From the NCBI GenBank assembly GCA_050486305.1, contig JBJHDA010000001.1:435071-499070 (forward strand): 64,000 bases of DNA, written 5' to 3'. Source of the DNA: Candidatus Saccharimonadota bacterium. GTDB lineage: Bacteria > Patescibacteriota > Saccharimonadia > Saccharimonadales > SLHW01. A model generated the notes under the pieces. The model was given only the letters and a program-made list of their open reading frames with translations. It was not told where the DNA came from and did not search any database. The position numbers and the translations under genes are program-made. Shown here piece by piece: positions 1 to 9,710 of this stretch (the stretch's first letter is position 1; each line of letters begins with the position of its first letter).

Positions 1-2
1 GA

Positions 3-539
3 TGGTTTACGCTATCCTCTTCTCCTTCTGAAGAACATATTTCGATCACAACAAAGCTGGCAGAAAAACCAAGCAGCTTCAAAAAACATTTGTTCACTTT
101 AACTCCCGGAGACCCCGTTGCGATATCAGATGCAATGGGTGATTTTGTTCTACCTAGAGACACATCAAGACCAATTGTATTTGCTGTCGCAGGCATCGGC
201 GTAACACCCGCTCGTAGTATGCTTACTTGGCTGCAAAAGCAACGCTTACCATACAAGATTCATATGTTGCTTGCAGCTAAAAAACGCTCAGAAATCCCGT
301 TTCTTGATTTATTTGCAAACACTGTCGATGAGCTTAAGTTATTTTTATCCTCAGCAGACAATAAAAGATTGACTGCCCAGCACGTTATTGAAGAAATCGA
401 GCAGCACAAGTCCGCAAATTGTCTCATCTTTATCGCCGGGCCAGAGCATTTTTCTGAAGTTATGCGCGATGACCTAGTCACGCTAGGTGTGCCAAGCCAA
501 CGGCTTATCATTGACTATTTTCACGGCTACGAACAGTAG
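3..539 (+). CDS. FNR-like FAD/NAD(P)-binding oxidoreductase, C-terminal part (5-prime end lies outside the window)
   Basis: Frame 3 is open from the window edge (WFTLSSSPSEEHISITTK resembles the FAD-binding RxYS-type segment). It is followed by the NAD-binding-like GIGVTPARSM and FIAGPEHF. The ORF-track start at 90 (TTG) is probably internal. Confidence 0.55.
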   Translation, partial: WFTLSSSPSEEHISITTKLAEKPSSFKKHLFTLTPGDPVAISDAMGDFVLPRDTSRPIVFAVAGIGVTPARSMLTWLQKQRLPYKIHMLLAAKKRSEIPFLDLFANTVDELKLFLSSADNKRLTAQHVIEEIEQHKSANCLIFIAGPEHFSEVMRDDLVTLGVPSQRLIIDYFHGYEQ

Positions 540-558
540 GCAGCTTCGATTCTCGCCC

Positions 559-1581
559 CTAATTGACTGCTGTTGCACGCGCTTTCGGCGCTGCAGCAGT
601 TGGAGAGTACGTACGCTCATGCTCCTCAAGATATTTTCTAATCATCAAGGCAGCAGTGGCGCCCTCACCAGTGGCACTCGCAATCTGCATCGTTGCTCCA
701 CTCCGAACATCACCCGCACAAAATACACCTGGCATGGATGTTTCGAGCTCATGGTTCGTTTTAATCATGCCGATCTCATCAAGCTCAATACTGCCATCCT
801 TTAGAAACGCCGTATTTGGCAAAAGTCCGATAAAGACAAAAACACCGTCTGTTTTGAATTCTACTTTTTTATTGGTGGACTTATCGGTACCGATCACCTT
901 GGATACGAGTGCATCATCTCCGACAATTTCGTCTGTGGTAGTGTTGAAGTGAACGGTAATCTTGTCGCTATTTTGCTCAAGCTCGCTTTGCAGAATCTCA
1001 CTCGCACGGAGCTTGTCTGAGCGAACCAGCATGTCGATCTTTTTCGCGAACCGCGTCAAGAATAATGCCTCCTGTACTGCTGAGTTGCCGCCGCCGACTA
1101 CCACCAAATGCTTGTCTTTATAAAATGCGCCGTCACAAGTAGCACAATAGTGTACGCCACGGCCATAGTATTTTTCTTCTCCGGGCACACCGAGCTTCCT
1201 GTAGTCGCTCCCGGTAGCTATTAACACTGCTTTTGCATACACGTCGCCATCAGTCGTTTCCAACTTCTTGTACTCGCCCTCATCTTCGATTCGCATCACT
1301 TCGCCGAGCCGGATATCAGCACCAAAACGTTCAGCCTGCTTTCTTAGGCCTTCTGACAGGTCTAAGCCGGACAGCCCTTTCGGAAAGCCAGGGTAATTGT
1401 CCACCCAGTCAGTGATCGCAGCCAAGCCGCCAATAACGCCTTTTTCGTATAGTACAGTCTCTATCTCTTCACGTGTGGTGTAGATCGCTGCTGATAGCGA
1501 CGCCGGTCCGGCGCCAATCATAACGACATCGTGAACTTCTCTGGCATCACTAGATTTTTGCTCTGACTCTTTAGCTGACAT
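559..1581 (-). CDS. trxB: Thioredoxin-disulfide reductase
   Basis: GAGPA dinucleotide motif, redox-active CATC, second GGGNSA motif, C-terminal FCAGDV. I moved the start to the internal ATG at 1581 (MSAKESEQ), which is preceded by AAGGAG. The longer 369-aa ORF adds an implausible basic extension. Confidence 0.9.
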   Translation of the reverse strand: MSAKESEQKSSDAREVHDVVMIGAGPASLSAAIYTTREEIETVLYEKGVIGGLAAITDWVDNYPGFPKGLSGLDLSEGLRKQAERFGADIRLGEVMRIEDEGEYKKLETTDGDVYAKAVLIATGSDYRKLGVPGEEKYYGRGVHYCATCDGAFYKDKHLVVVGGGNSAVQEALFLTRFAKKIDMLVRSDKLRASEILQSELEQNSDKITVHFNTTTDEIVGDDALVSKVIGTDKSTNKKVEFKTDGVFVFIGLLPNTAFLKDGSIELDEIGMIKTNHELETSMPGVFCAGDVRSGATMQIASATGEGATAALMIRKYLEEHERTYSPTAAAPKARATAVN

Positions 1582-1700
1582 AAATAAAACTCCTTTTACT
1601 GCTCGTTGCGCTAGCGAAGACTCTTCAGCAGAAGATCTCCTGCATCTCACTGGTTTATCTCTATACAAAGCGCCTTGAAAAAGCTATCCCTGCAATTTAC

Positions 1701-1949
1701 TTACGCAACAGCTGGCGCAAGCTTGCCAAGATTATACCCTACAATGACTTCTCGGCTGTCATCTTGCTTTGTAACCACGGTTACGGGCACCGTCAAAGCG
1801 CCACTCAACTCAAGTGCCTCTTTTTGCCGTTCTGGCGATTCGTCAAGATTAACCTCTTCGTAGGTCATGCCTTTTGCACCGAGCCATTTTTTTACCATGA
1901 CGCAATAAGCACAAGTGTTTGTGGTAAATATTGTTATGTTTTTTGGCAT
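1701..1949 (-). CDS. Glutaredoxin-like / NrdH-type small redoxin
   Basis: 82 aa with an N-terminal CAYC (CxxC) in a beta-alpha context and a TVP cis-Pro motif. Adjacent to trxB. Confidence 0.75.
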   Translation of the reverse strand: MPKNITIFTTNTCAYCVMVKKWLGAKGMTYEEVNLDESPERQKEALELSGALTVPVTVVTKQDDSREVIVGYNLGKLAPAVA

Positions 1950-2036
1950 TGTATTTTTCCTTCTTACCCTTTCGTTTTTTATCTATATCTTATTGTATAT
2001 AGCGTAGTTTTATAAATCAATACGCTATATGTTGTG

Positions 2037-2603
2037 TTATTGTACGCCAAACAGCTCAATGTCGAACACGAGTGTTCCAAGCGGGCGACCACCATCTCCT
2101 GGCGAGTAGCCATCAGGGGCTTCACCGTACGCGAGCTCGCCCGGTATTATAAGCCTTCGGGTTCCGCCCTCTTTCATCCCGGGTATACCCTCTTGCCAAC
2201 CTGCTATAAGACTATCTAGCGGGAAAACAGCAGGCTCGCCAGAGTCACGGGAGCTCTCAAAGATTTCACCGTTTACCGCATATGCCCCTGTGTAATGGGC
2301 GACAACAGTATCACCTGGCTGCACCTCGGCGCCATCGCCCTCAACCAAATCGACAACCTCTATCTCAGACACATCGCCTGCGATCGGTTCAAAATCGCTT
2401 AAACTTGTTCCTTGTAGCATTTCTCTATCCTCATCAAACTCATTAAACTCATCTGCAAACTCAGCCGGGTCTATCTCTGCCGTCGAATCATTTGAATTAT
2501 CCGCAACGACCGAATAAATCACTATTCCGGTGAACGCGATTGTCGACAGCAGAAAAACGCCTACAATCACTATAATAAAAATTCTCTGTGTGTTTTGCGC
2601 CAT
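2037..2603 (-). CDS. FKBP-type peptidyl-prolyl cis-trans isomerase, membrane-anchored
   Basis: N-terminal TM helix. C-terminal FKBP signature (VVAHYTG, NGEIFESS, GWQEGIPGMKEGGTRRLIIPGELAYG, LVFDIELFGV). Confidence 0.85.
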   Translation of the reverse strand: MAQNTQRIFIIVIVGVFLLSTIAFTGIVIYSVVADNSNDSTAEIDPAEFADEFNEFDEDREMLQGTSLSDFEPIAGDVSEIEVVDLVEGDGAEVQPGDTVVAHYTGAYAVNGEIFESSRDSGEPAVFPLDSLIAGWQEGIPGMKEGGTRRLIIPGELAYGEAPDGYSPGDGGRPLGTLVFDIELFGVQ

Positions 2604-2667
2604 GAACCCTCCTTTTTTGTCTCTCTAAAATGACGTCTTGGGCCGTAGTATAGCGCATTTAACGGGC

Positions 2668-3114
2668 TTATGCAGTACGGAAATGTTCCGGCTTTTTTGG
2701 GAACCCCTTTTTACAGCCATCGATTATATGCTGCTTTAATTTTTCCGAAACAAATGGACGATCAGCAAGCTCATTAATCGCCAGCCACATCGGTTCGTGT
2801 ATATTCTGACCGAGTTTATTTATCGCCGCCTCTTCGCTATCTGGAGACAGTGCCGGTTGACCTCCAAGATACTCGCAAAGAAAGATGTGTTGTGTTCCAT
2901 ACGGGTCTCCAGCCTCTTCGATAAAAACCAGCTGTACGTCTCCAACCGTAAGACCGGTTTCTTCGCGCAGCTCCCTCCTTACTGCCTCCTCAGCCGTTTC
3001 GCCCAGCTCAATTCTGCCGCCAGGAAGTGTGTCGTACATTTTGCCAAATTTATTACGATTGATAACGAGAATTTTATCTTCATTAAGTACGATTGCTCTG
3101 GCTGCTTTTCTCAT
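2668..3114 (-). CDS. NUDIX hydrolase
   Basis: Nudix box GGRIELGETAEEAVRRELREETGL. Confidence 0.85.
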   Translation of the reverse strand: MRKAARAIVLNEDKILVINRNKFGKMYDTLPGGRIELGETAEEAVRRELREETGLTVGDVQLVFIEEAGDPYGTQHIFLCEYLGGQPALSPDSEEAAINKLGQNIHEPMWLAINELADRPFVSEKLKQHIIDGCKKGFPKKPEHFRTA

Positions 3115-3147
3115 AGTAGTGCAGTATACCAGTCGTCAGCCGGCTTT

Positions 3148-4920
3148 TTATAAGACATCGTATTTTTTCAACGCTGCGGTGAGCTTTTTCGGGTCAGTGC
3201 TCCGCTGTATTTCAAGTAGCTTCTGGTACAACCCACCGCTTTTTGCAAGTTCTCCCGGTGAGCCGACCTCGTCGACCTGACCTTTCTTGATCGTAATGAT
3301 TGTATCGACGTGCTGAATCGTGCTCAACCTATGCGCGATAATGAGCGTTGTGCGCTCCTTCATGAGCCGCTCAAGCGCCTCACGTACCAGAACTTCACTT
3401 TTGCTATCAAGGCTGCTTGTCGCCTCGTCCAATAATAATATTGGTGCGTCTTTCAAGATTGCCCGGGCAATTGCAATCCGCTGCTTCTGCCCGCCAGACA
3501 GCTTTAAGCCTCTTTCGCCAATTTCAGTGTCATACCCTTCGGTAAATGCTGATACGAACTCATGCGCATTGGCAGCCTTTGCTGCTCGTACCACCTCGCT
3601 TTTGCTTGCTTTCGGATTGGCGTATGCAATATTTTCCCATATCGTCCCGCTAAACAGAGCAGGCTCTTGAAATACCGTCGCGATGGATGTATGCAGGCTG
3701 TTCCGGTCTACTCCGGCAATATCCTGGCCGTCAATCAGAATGCGTCCCTCGTCCGGCGAATATAGCCGCATCAGCAGGTTTGCAATCGTCGTTTTTCCTT
3801 CACCGCTCTCGCCTACGAGCGCTGCTTTTTTGCCTGCCCCAACCTCAAACGTAATGCCGCTGATTACCGGGTTTCCTTTTTCGTACCCAAACGAAACCTC
3901 TTCGAATTGAACTGTACCGTCATTCACCTGTATCGGTTTTCGCTTACTCTTATCAACCTCTGCAATTTGCTTATCCATTATGTCGAAATAATCTTTGCTG
4001 TCCGTCACGGCACGCTGGGTGTTCTCAACCAAGAAGCTGATCGTAAATATCGGAATACGGATCTGCATGGCATACAGTATCAGCGCCACCGCCTGCCCCG
4101 GTGAAATAATACCCTGTGCTCCTTGTATAAAAATCAGCATAAATACACCAAAAAAGATTAAGTTTAGCGCCACACGCCGCTGAAAGTCTTTCACATGCCA
4201 ATACTTCGATTGCGGCTTCGTCAAGCCGATAACGGAATTAACATGTGAGCGAAACGATGCCAGCTCACGCTTTTGCTGAAGGTAATTTTTTACGACCTTT
4301 ATCTGAGTAATCACCTCTGCAAACCTACCGCTAGCAATATCAAGGTGCTCGTTTTTCTTCTCTTGATAGCGCTGCCATTTCGGACTGCTGCGAAATGTCA
4401 TATAAACGTAGATCGGATACAGCAGGAACAATAGTGCGGCAACCTGCCAACTATAAACAGCGACAGCTATGAGTGAAAAGACCGTCGTAAAGATAAACTG
4501 CAAAAAATTATTGCTGAACATCTGCATGAAGTTTGTAATCTGCTGTATCGAGCGATTCAGGCGGTTGATAATCTTTCCGGACTGCTCAGTATCAAAGTAA
4601 GTCTGCGGTAAATTCAATAAATGCTGGTAATAGTTGCTGCTCAGTGATTTATACATTCGTGCCGAAGCGACATCGCCAAGATAACCGCTCCAATTGCTTA
4701 AGATGTTCTGCATGAAATCAAGTGCAAATATAGCAAAGGCTAACCAGGCAACATAACCAATCCTTGCGTCCGTGCCAGCCTGCATTTCATCTATCGCCCA
4801 GCCAGAAATAAGCGGTGTCAATAAAGACATAAGGCTGAGCAATACGGTAGCAATGCCAATAACGGCGTATGTCTTCCATAAGCCTCTTGTGGTAATTATG
4901 AGCCGTACAATATTTTTCAT
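3148..4920 (-). CDS. ABC transporter, fused permease/ATPase (MsbA/multidrug exporter type)
   Basis: Six predicted TM helices. Walker A GESGEGKTT, signature LSGGQKQR, Walker B ILLLDEATS. Confidence 0.9.
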   Translation of the reverse strand: MKNIVRLIITTRGLWKTYAVIGIATVLLSLMSLLTPLISGWAIDEMQAGTDARIGYVAWLAFAIFALDFMQNILSNWSGYLGDVASARMYKSLSSNYYQHLLNLPQTYFDTEQSGKIINRLNRSIQQITNFMQMFSNNFLQFIFTTVFSLIAVAVYSWQVAALLFLLYPIYVYMTFRSSPKWQRYQEKKNEHLDIASGRFAEVITQIKVVKNYLQQKRELASFRSHVNSVIGLTKPQSKYWHVKDFQRRVALNLIFFGVFMLIFIQGAQGIISPGQAVALILYAMQIRIPIFTISFLVENTQRAVTDSKDYFDIMDKQIAEVDKSKRKPIQVNDGTVQFEEVSFGYEKGNPVISGITFEVGAGKKAALVGESGEGKTTIANLLMRLYSPDEGRILIDGQDIAGVDRNSLHTSIATVFQEPALFSGTIWENIAYANPKASKSEVVRAAKAANAHEFVSAFTEGYDTEIGERGLKLSGGQKQRIAIARAILKDAPILLLDEATSSLDSKSEVLVREALERLMKERTTLIIAHRLSTIQHVDTIITIKKGQVDEVGSPGELAKSGGLYQKLLEIQRSTDPKKLTAALKKYDVL

Positions 4921-4985
4921 GCCATTTAAAACCCTACCTTAAGAAACGTGTTTCCCCTAATTCACTCTTACGTCACTCCGCTCGG

Positions 4986-7502
4986 CTATAGCCGTACGGC
5001 ATCCAGCTCCGCAGCTGCTGCATCGGCAATAGTATCCAAGATTTGGCCTAACTCTGGGCTGGCCATTGTTTTCCTGTCCGACCATGCCGTAATACGGAGT
5101 GCAATATGCTTGCTTGATGCATCTCGCTCCGACTGGTATATGTCAAGCGGACTAATCGTATAGCGCAGGTGATCCACCTTTGCTAAAACGTTATCCGCAA
5201 CCGAATAAACATCCTGATACGTGATGCCGCCTGAAACCTTTAGAGAAATATCCTGTTGTATCTTAGGATACTTCGACAAAGGCTTGTAGCGATTTATTCG
5301 CGGAGCCAGCCTCAAGGCATCAATATCTACTTCAAATACGGCGGTCGATGCAGGCAATTTTAATGCCTTGCTAACAGCCCGCTTCGCCTCTCCCACTACA
5401 CCGACTAGCTTATCGCCAATCATAATGGCTCCGGACCGGTTTGTGGCAAACGGGGCAATCATTTGCTTTTCTGCAAGACTGTCGCCAGTTAAATCATCAG
5501 TTAAAGGAACAATATCGTACGTAATGCCAAGCCGGCTGAATAGGTAATCTGCATAGGCGCGTGCCTGATAGAATGCCGAGCCGGTGCCAATCTGCTGCCA
5601 TGTCTTTTCGTCTGCGGAATACACGAAGGCTAACCGGTTGTGCTCTGCCGGTACGGCAGGTTCATCATCGCTCATTACTGACGACACGTGGGATTTTCCA
5701 ATTTCAAACAGCGCGAGCTCGCCATAACCTGCCTTGATATTGGCATGTACTTTCTCTAATAAGCTAGGGCTTAGGCTCAGCCGATAGTACTGCAGGTCAG
5801 GACTTAGCGCATTTGATAAGCAAAATGCTTTTGATGTGTCCTGTGTAGCCTTTTCAAGGAGGCCTCCGTGAACAAAACTATACGTCAGCGCCTCATTCGA
5901 GCCAGCTGCCGCTAATATATTGCGTATAGAATCACAGAAATCGAGCTGTGCGTTGCGCTCAACAGGAGCTAAGCTCCGTGTGGGCAGCTCTTTCGGCAGT
6001 GTATCAAAGCCCATAAGCCGGCCGACCTCTTCGACGATATCCTCAGGTATCGCGATGTCAGTGCGCCAAAACGGCGGCTGTACCACCAACGCATCAGCTT
6101 CAGGCCGAACGATAAACTCGACGGCTTCGAGGTGATTTTGTATATCGTTGGCTGATGTGTGTATACCCAACCTATCGGATACAAACTGGGGCGCAACGGT
6201 AATACTTGGCTGTGGCTGGAGTTCATCCACCTCATCTACGATGTTGCTAGCTACGGTGGCGCCAGAGACATATTCCAGCATAGCGATTGCTTCGCCGATA
6301 ACCCGGTCATTCTGATGTGGTGATTGCCCCTTATTGAATCGTGTGACCGCGTCAGTAAATAACCCAAGCCCCATGCTCGTACGACGTATCGCGTACATAT
6401 CAAAGTTCGCGCACTCTAGAACGATCCGTTTCGTGTTCTCGTCAACTTCCGTATCAATTCCGCCCATAACGCCGCCGATTCCGACTGGAGTATCGTGTGA
6501 CGTAATTAAGATTGTCGAATCATCTTCAAAAGCCAGCTCTTTGCCATCGAGCAGCGTAAGCCTGTCACCTTTTTTGGAGTATCTCGTTTCAAGCTGCAAG
6601 TCTTTTTTGTTGGTGACTTTTTGTAATTTATCAGCATCATACGCATGTAGCGGCTGACCAGTCAGTGCCATTAAGTAGTTGGTGGCGTCAACGACATTGT
6701 TTATTGGCCGAATACCGACTCTCGCTAAATACGCCTGAACCATAAGCGGGCTTTGCTTCACCGTAATTGAATCAAGCAATACGGCCATAAACCGCGGCAC
6801 AACGCCTTGGATCTCGTTTCGTACGGTTAATTTAGTTTTCGTTTTTTCAAGCGAAGCGATAGCAAGACGCTGGCGATACCATTCCGGTGACGCAAACTGC
6901 AACCCCTGTATGCCCGCAATCTCCCTGGCAACCCCAAGAATGCCGAAACAATCAGGACGATGCGTAAACATCTTGTTTTCTATATCAATGACGGTGTCGT
7001 TCAGGTCATATACTTCGGCAAAATCGGCCCCAGGCTGAGCCTCGATATCCACCGTTACAATACCGCCATGATCGTCCCCAATCGCCAATTCCTGAGCGCT
7101 TGCTAGCATACCATTGCTAACTTCACCGCGGATTTCACGTGCTTCAAGCACAAACGGCTCCGAGTCAAAGCTTTTTGGCACAGTTGAGCCTGGGGGCAGC
7201 CAGGCTGCCAACATGCCCTCTGTAACATTTGGTGCTCCACAGACAACTTGCACATGGCCGGAGTCGTTCCGCTCCACACCATTTATCTTTCCTCCATCGT
7301 CAATCAAGCAGACCTTGAGCTTATCAGCGTTCGGATGGCTCTCGGCAGAGACGACCCTGACGACAACTATACCCCTGTACCGGGCTGATAAGTCGACAAC
7401 TTCCTCTACCGCCCCCAATTGTTCACCAATTTTGCGGATTATGTCTGCGTCAGAGGTTGTAATATCGGTAAACTGCCTTACCCAATTTAGACTTACTTTC
7501 AT
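4986..7502 (-). CDS. pheT: Phenylalanine--tRNA ligase beta subunit
   Basis: 838 aa. N-terminal tRNA-binding domain (HPNADKLKVC), B3/4 and B5 regions, C-terminal anticodon-binding-like domain. Overlaps pheS by 4 nt. Confidence 0.92.
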   Translation of the reverse strand: MKVSLNWVRQFTDITTSDADIIRKIGEQLGAVEEVVDLSARYRGIVVVRVVSAESHPNADKLKVCLIDDGGKINGVERNDSGHVQVVCGAPNVTEGMLAAWLPPGSTVPKSFDSEPFVLEAREIRGEVSNGMLASAQELAIGDDHGGIVTVDIEAQPGADFAEVYDLNDTVIDIENKMFTHRPDCFGILGVAREIAGIQGLQFASPEWYRQRLAIASLEKTKTKLTVRNEIQGVVPRFMAVLLDSITVKQSPLMVQAYLARVGIRPINNVVDATNYLMALTGQPLHAYDADKLQKVTNKKDLQLETRYSKKGDRLTLLDGKELAFEDDSTILITSHDTPVGIGGVMGGIDTEVDENTKRIVLECANFDMYAIRRTSMGLGLFTDAVTRFNKGQSPHQNDRVIGEAIAMLEYVSGATVASNIVDEVDELQPQPSITVAPQFVSDRLGIHTSANDIQNHLEAVEFIVRPEADALVVQPPFWRTDIAIPEDIVEEVGRLMGFDTLPKELPTRSLAPVERNAQLDFCDSIRNILAAAGSNEALTYSFVHGGLLEKATQDTSKAFCLSNALSPDLQYYRLSLSPSLLEKVHANIKAGYGELALFEIGKSHVSSVMSDDEPAVPAEHNRLAFVYSADEKTWQQIGTGSAFYQARAYADYLFSRLGITYDIVPLTDDLTGDSLAEKQMIAPFATNRSGAIMIGDKLVGVVGEAKRAVSKALKLPASTAVFEVDIDALRLAPRINRYKPLSKYPKIQQDISLKVSGGITYQDVYSVADNVLAKVDHLRYTISPLDIYQSERDASSKHIALRITAWSDRKTMASPELGQILDTIADAAAAELDAVRL

Positions 7503-8524
7503 GATGTAAACTGCCTTAAAAAATCTAGTTTTGCGGACTCAAAATGCCGTATATCCTCGATGTTGTTTTTCATCATAACCAGCCGCTCAATGCCACCGCC
7601 CCACGCAAAACCGGTATACGTCTCTGGATCAATATCCGCATGACGAAGTACGTTCGGGTGGATCATGCCACAGCCCAAGAGCTCCAGCCACTTCTGCTCC
7701 TCCGAATCATCCTTCCTTAATATCTCTGGCCGCTCAATCGCCAGCTCAAAGCTCGGTTCAGTAAACGGAAAGTAAAACGGCTGTATTTTTGCCTTTAGCT
7801 CCTCGCCAAAGTATTCACTTAAAAATGTCTGCAGTGTCGCAACCAGGTTACCGGCGTGAATCCCCTTACCTACAACAACTCCCTCCAGCTGGTAAAACGT
7901 ATGCTCGTGCGTTGCGTCAAGATCCTCGTTCCTAAAAACCCGCCCAGGTATCACGACTCGAATATCCTCGCCCTGCTCAAGCGAAGATTTGTACTGTTTT
8001 AATACCCTATTTTGCATTGTGCTGGTGTGTGCAGGCGCGATGAAGCCTTCTTTTGTCATAAACGTGTCGTAATCATCGCGCGCTGGGTGATCATCCGGAA
8101 AGTTCAAGCTTTCGAACATATGATAATCATCATCAATTTGCCGGGACTCTACTGCGTTAAATCCCATGCGATAAAAAATGTCGAGTATCGCACTAATCTC
8201 TGTCGTTAAGGGGTGTTTGCTGCCGACAGTCGCGGGCAATACATGTGGCTGCTTTTCTCTCGGGGTGTTCACGTCAAACGGCGCAGTCACATCGATGGGT
8301 GGCAATTCTTCTGCTGCTTCCTCCGCCGACGCGGCAGCCTGGAGCTCATTTTTAAGCTCATTTACTCTGCGTCCAAAATCTGCCCGCTCACCTTCAGGTA
8401 GTGTCGGGATTTGCGAATAGAGTGCCCGAAGCTCTGTCGAGCGGAGCACCTGGCTGATAGGTTCACCCGCTTTGAGCCGCTTTTTCAGCACATTTCTAGC
8501 ATCAGTAATAGAATCCTTGCTCAT
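7499..8524 (-). CDS. pheS: Phenylalanine--tRNA ligase alpha subunit
   Basis: Class II aaRS motifs (FRNEDLDATHEHTFYQLEG, GFAWGGGIERLVM) and an N-terminal coiled-coil. Confidence 0.92.
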   Translation of the reverse strand: MSKDSITDARNVLKKRLKAGEPISQVLRSTELRALYSQIPTLPEGERADFGRRVNELKNELQAAASAEEAAEELPPIDVTAPFDVNTPREKQPHVLPATVGSKHPLTTEISAILDIFYRMGFNAVESRQIDDDYHMFESLNFPDDHPARDDYDTFMTKEGFIAPAHTSTMQNRVLKQYKSSLEQGEDIRVVIPGRVFRNEDLDATHEHTFYQLEGVVVGKGIHAGNLVATLQTFLSEYFGEELKAKIQPFYFPFTEPSFELAIERPEILRKDDSEEQKWLELLGCGMIHPNVLRHADIDPETYTGFAWGGGIERLVMMKNNIEDIRHFESAKLDFLRQFTS

Positions 8525-8569
8525 AATACTTACCGTTAGTATAACAGATGTGTTTGCTATAATACCGCC

Positions 8570-9193
8570 ATGCGTGTGACAAAGTATCCACAGAGCTGTT
8601 TTCGGGTAGAAAAGGACGGCAATGCCCTGTTAATCGATATTGGCAATTTTGCAACCAGTCAATTCAGCCGAGCAGACATCAAGCCATTTGACGCTATTTT
8701 AATTACCCACCAACACGCCGACCATATCGATCCAGAGCTGTCAGCCTGGCTTGACGATAAAGCCATCCCTATCTACAGCAATCAAGACGTCGCAGATAAA
8801 TTCCCCGAACTAAACATACGCGTTATAGACGACACTCAAACCGAGCGAATTGCCGGCTTTGACGTTACTGCCCGTGATTTGCCGCACTGTAAAATGCCAG
8901 ATGGAAGCGATGGCCCGCCTAATACGGGCTTTGTTATTGACGGGCACTTTTTCCACCCAGGCGACGGTATCGCAATCTCTAGCTTGAGTGTAGACACACT
9001 CGCCGCACCAATTGCCGGGCCAAGCGTATCGGTTTATAGCGCCGTTCAGCTAGCCAGACAGGTAGATGCAAAAACGGTGATTCCAATGCACTACGACAAC
9101 CCGGTCTTCTTTAATGATCCGAGCGTATTAAAAGAGCGCTTTAGCGAAGCAAACGTTATCGTGCTAGCAAACGGCGAGGAGGCGGACATATAG
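8570..9193 (+). CDS. MBL-fold metallo-hydrolase
   Basis: HxHxDH motif (THQHADHID) and beta-lactamase-fold length. Confidence 0.75.
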   Translation: MRVTKYPQSCFRVEKDGNALLIDIGNFATSQFSRADIKPFDAILITHQHADHIDPELSAWLDDKAIPIYSNQDVADKFPELNIRVIDDTQTERIAGFDVTARDLPHCKMPDGSDGPPNTGFVIDGHFFHPGDGIAISSLSVDTLAAPIAGPSVSVYSAVQLARQVDAKTVIPMHYDNPVFFNDPSVLKERFSEANVIVLANGEEADI

Positions 9194-9195
9194 CC

Positions 9196-9693
9196 ATGGC
9201 TAATTTTTCATTTGATATCGTCAGCGAATTTGACAAGGCAGAAATGAACAATGCGTACGATCAAGCCCAGCGAGAGATCGTTAACCGCTACGACTTCAAG
9301 GGGACACCCGCAGCCATCGAATGGCTCGGTGACGATAAAGCCGGGCTAAAGATAACCGGTAATAGTGACTGGCAAATTGATGCACTGCTCGACATCTTCC
9401 GAAAAAAGCTCGCCAGCCGAAACATCAGCCAGAAAGTACTCGACACCAGCAAGCCGGCAGAAACTTCAAACCTGAAAACAACAAAAGAGGTCCCCTTTAT
9501 ACAAGGACTCGACCAAGACAAAGCCAAGCAGCTTACCAGGCAAATACGGGATCAGTACCCAAAGGCAAAAACCCAGGTACAGGGCGACGCCGTCAGAGTA
9601 ACCAGCAATAAGAAGGACGAGCTACAAGCTGTCATGCAGTTGGTGCGCCAACTCGACCTGCCGTTCCCCGTTAGTTTTACCAATTTCCGCTAG
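9196..9693 (+). CDS. yajQ: YajQ-family nucleotide-binding protein (UPF0234)
   Basis: N-terminus SFDIVSEFDKAEMNNAYDQAQREIVNRYDFKG is characteristic of YajQ. 165 aa. Confidence 0.85.
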   Translation: MANFSFDIVSEFDKAEMNNAYDQAQREIVNRYDFKGTPAAIEWLGDDKAGLKITGNSDWQIDALLDIFRKKLASRNISQKVLDTSKPAETSNLKTTKEVPFIQGLDQDKAKQLTRQIRDQYPKAKTQVQGDAVRVTSNKKDELQAVMQLVRQLDLPFPVSFTNFR

Positions 9694-9710
9694 CGGTTTA
9701 TACTGGTCAT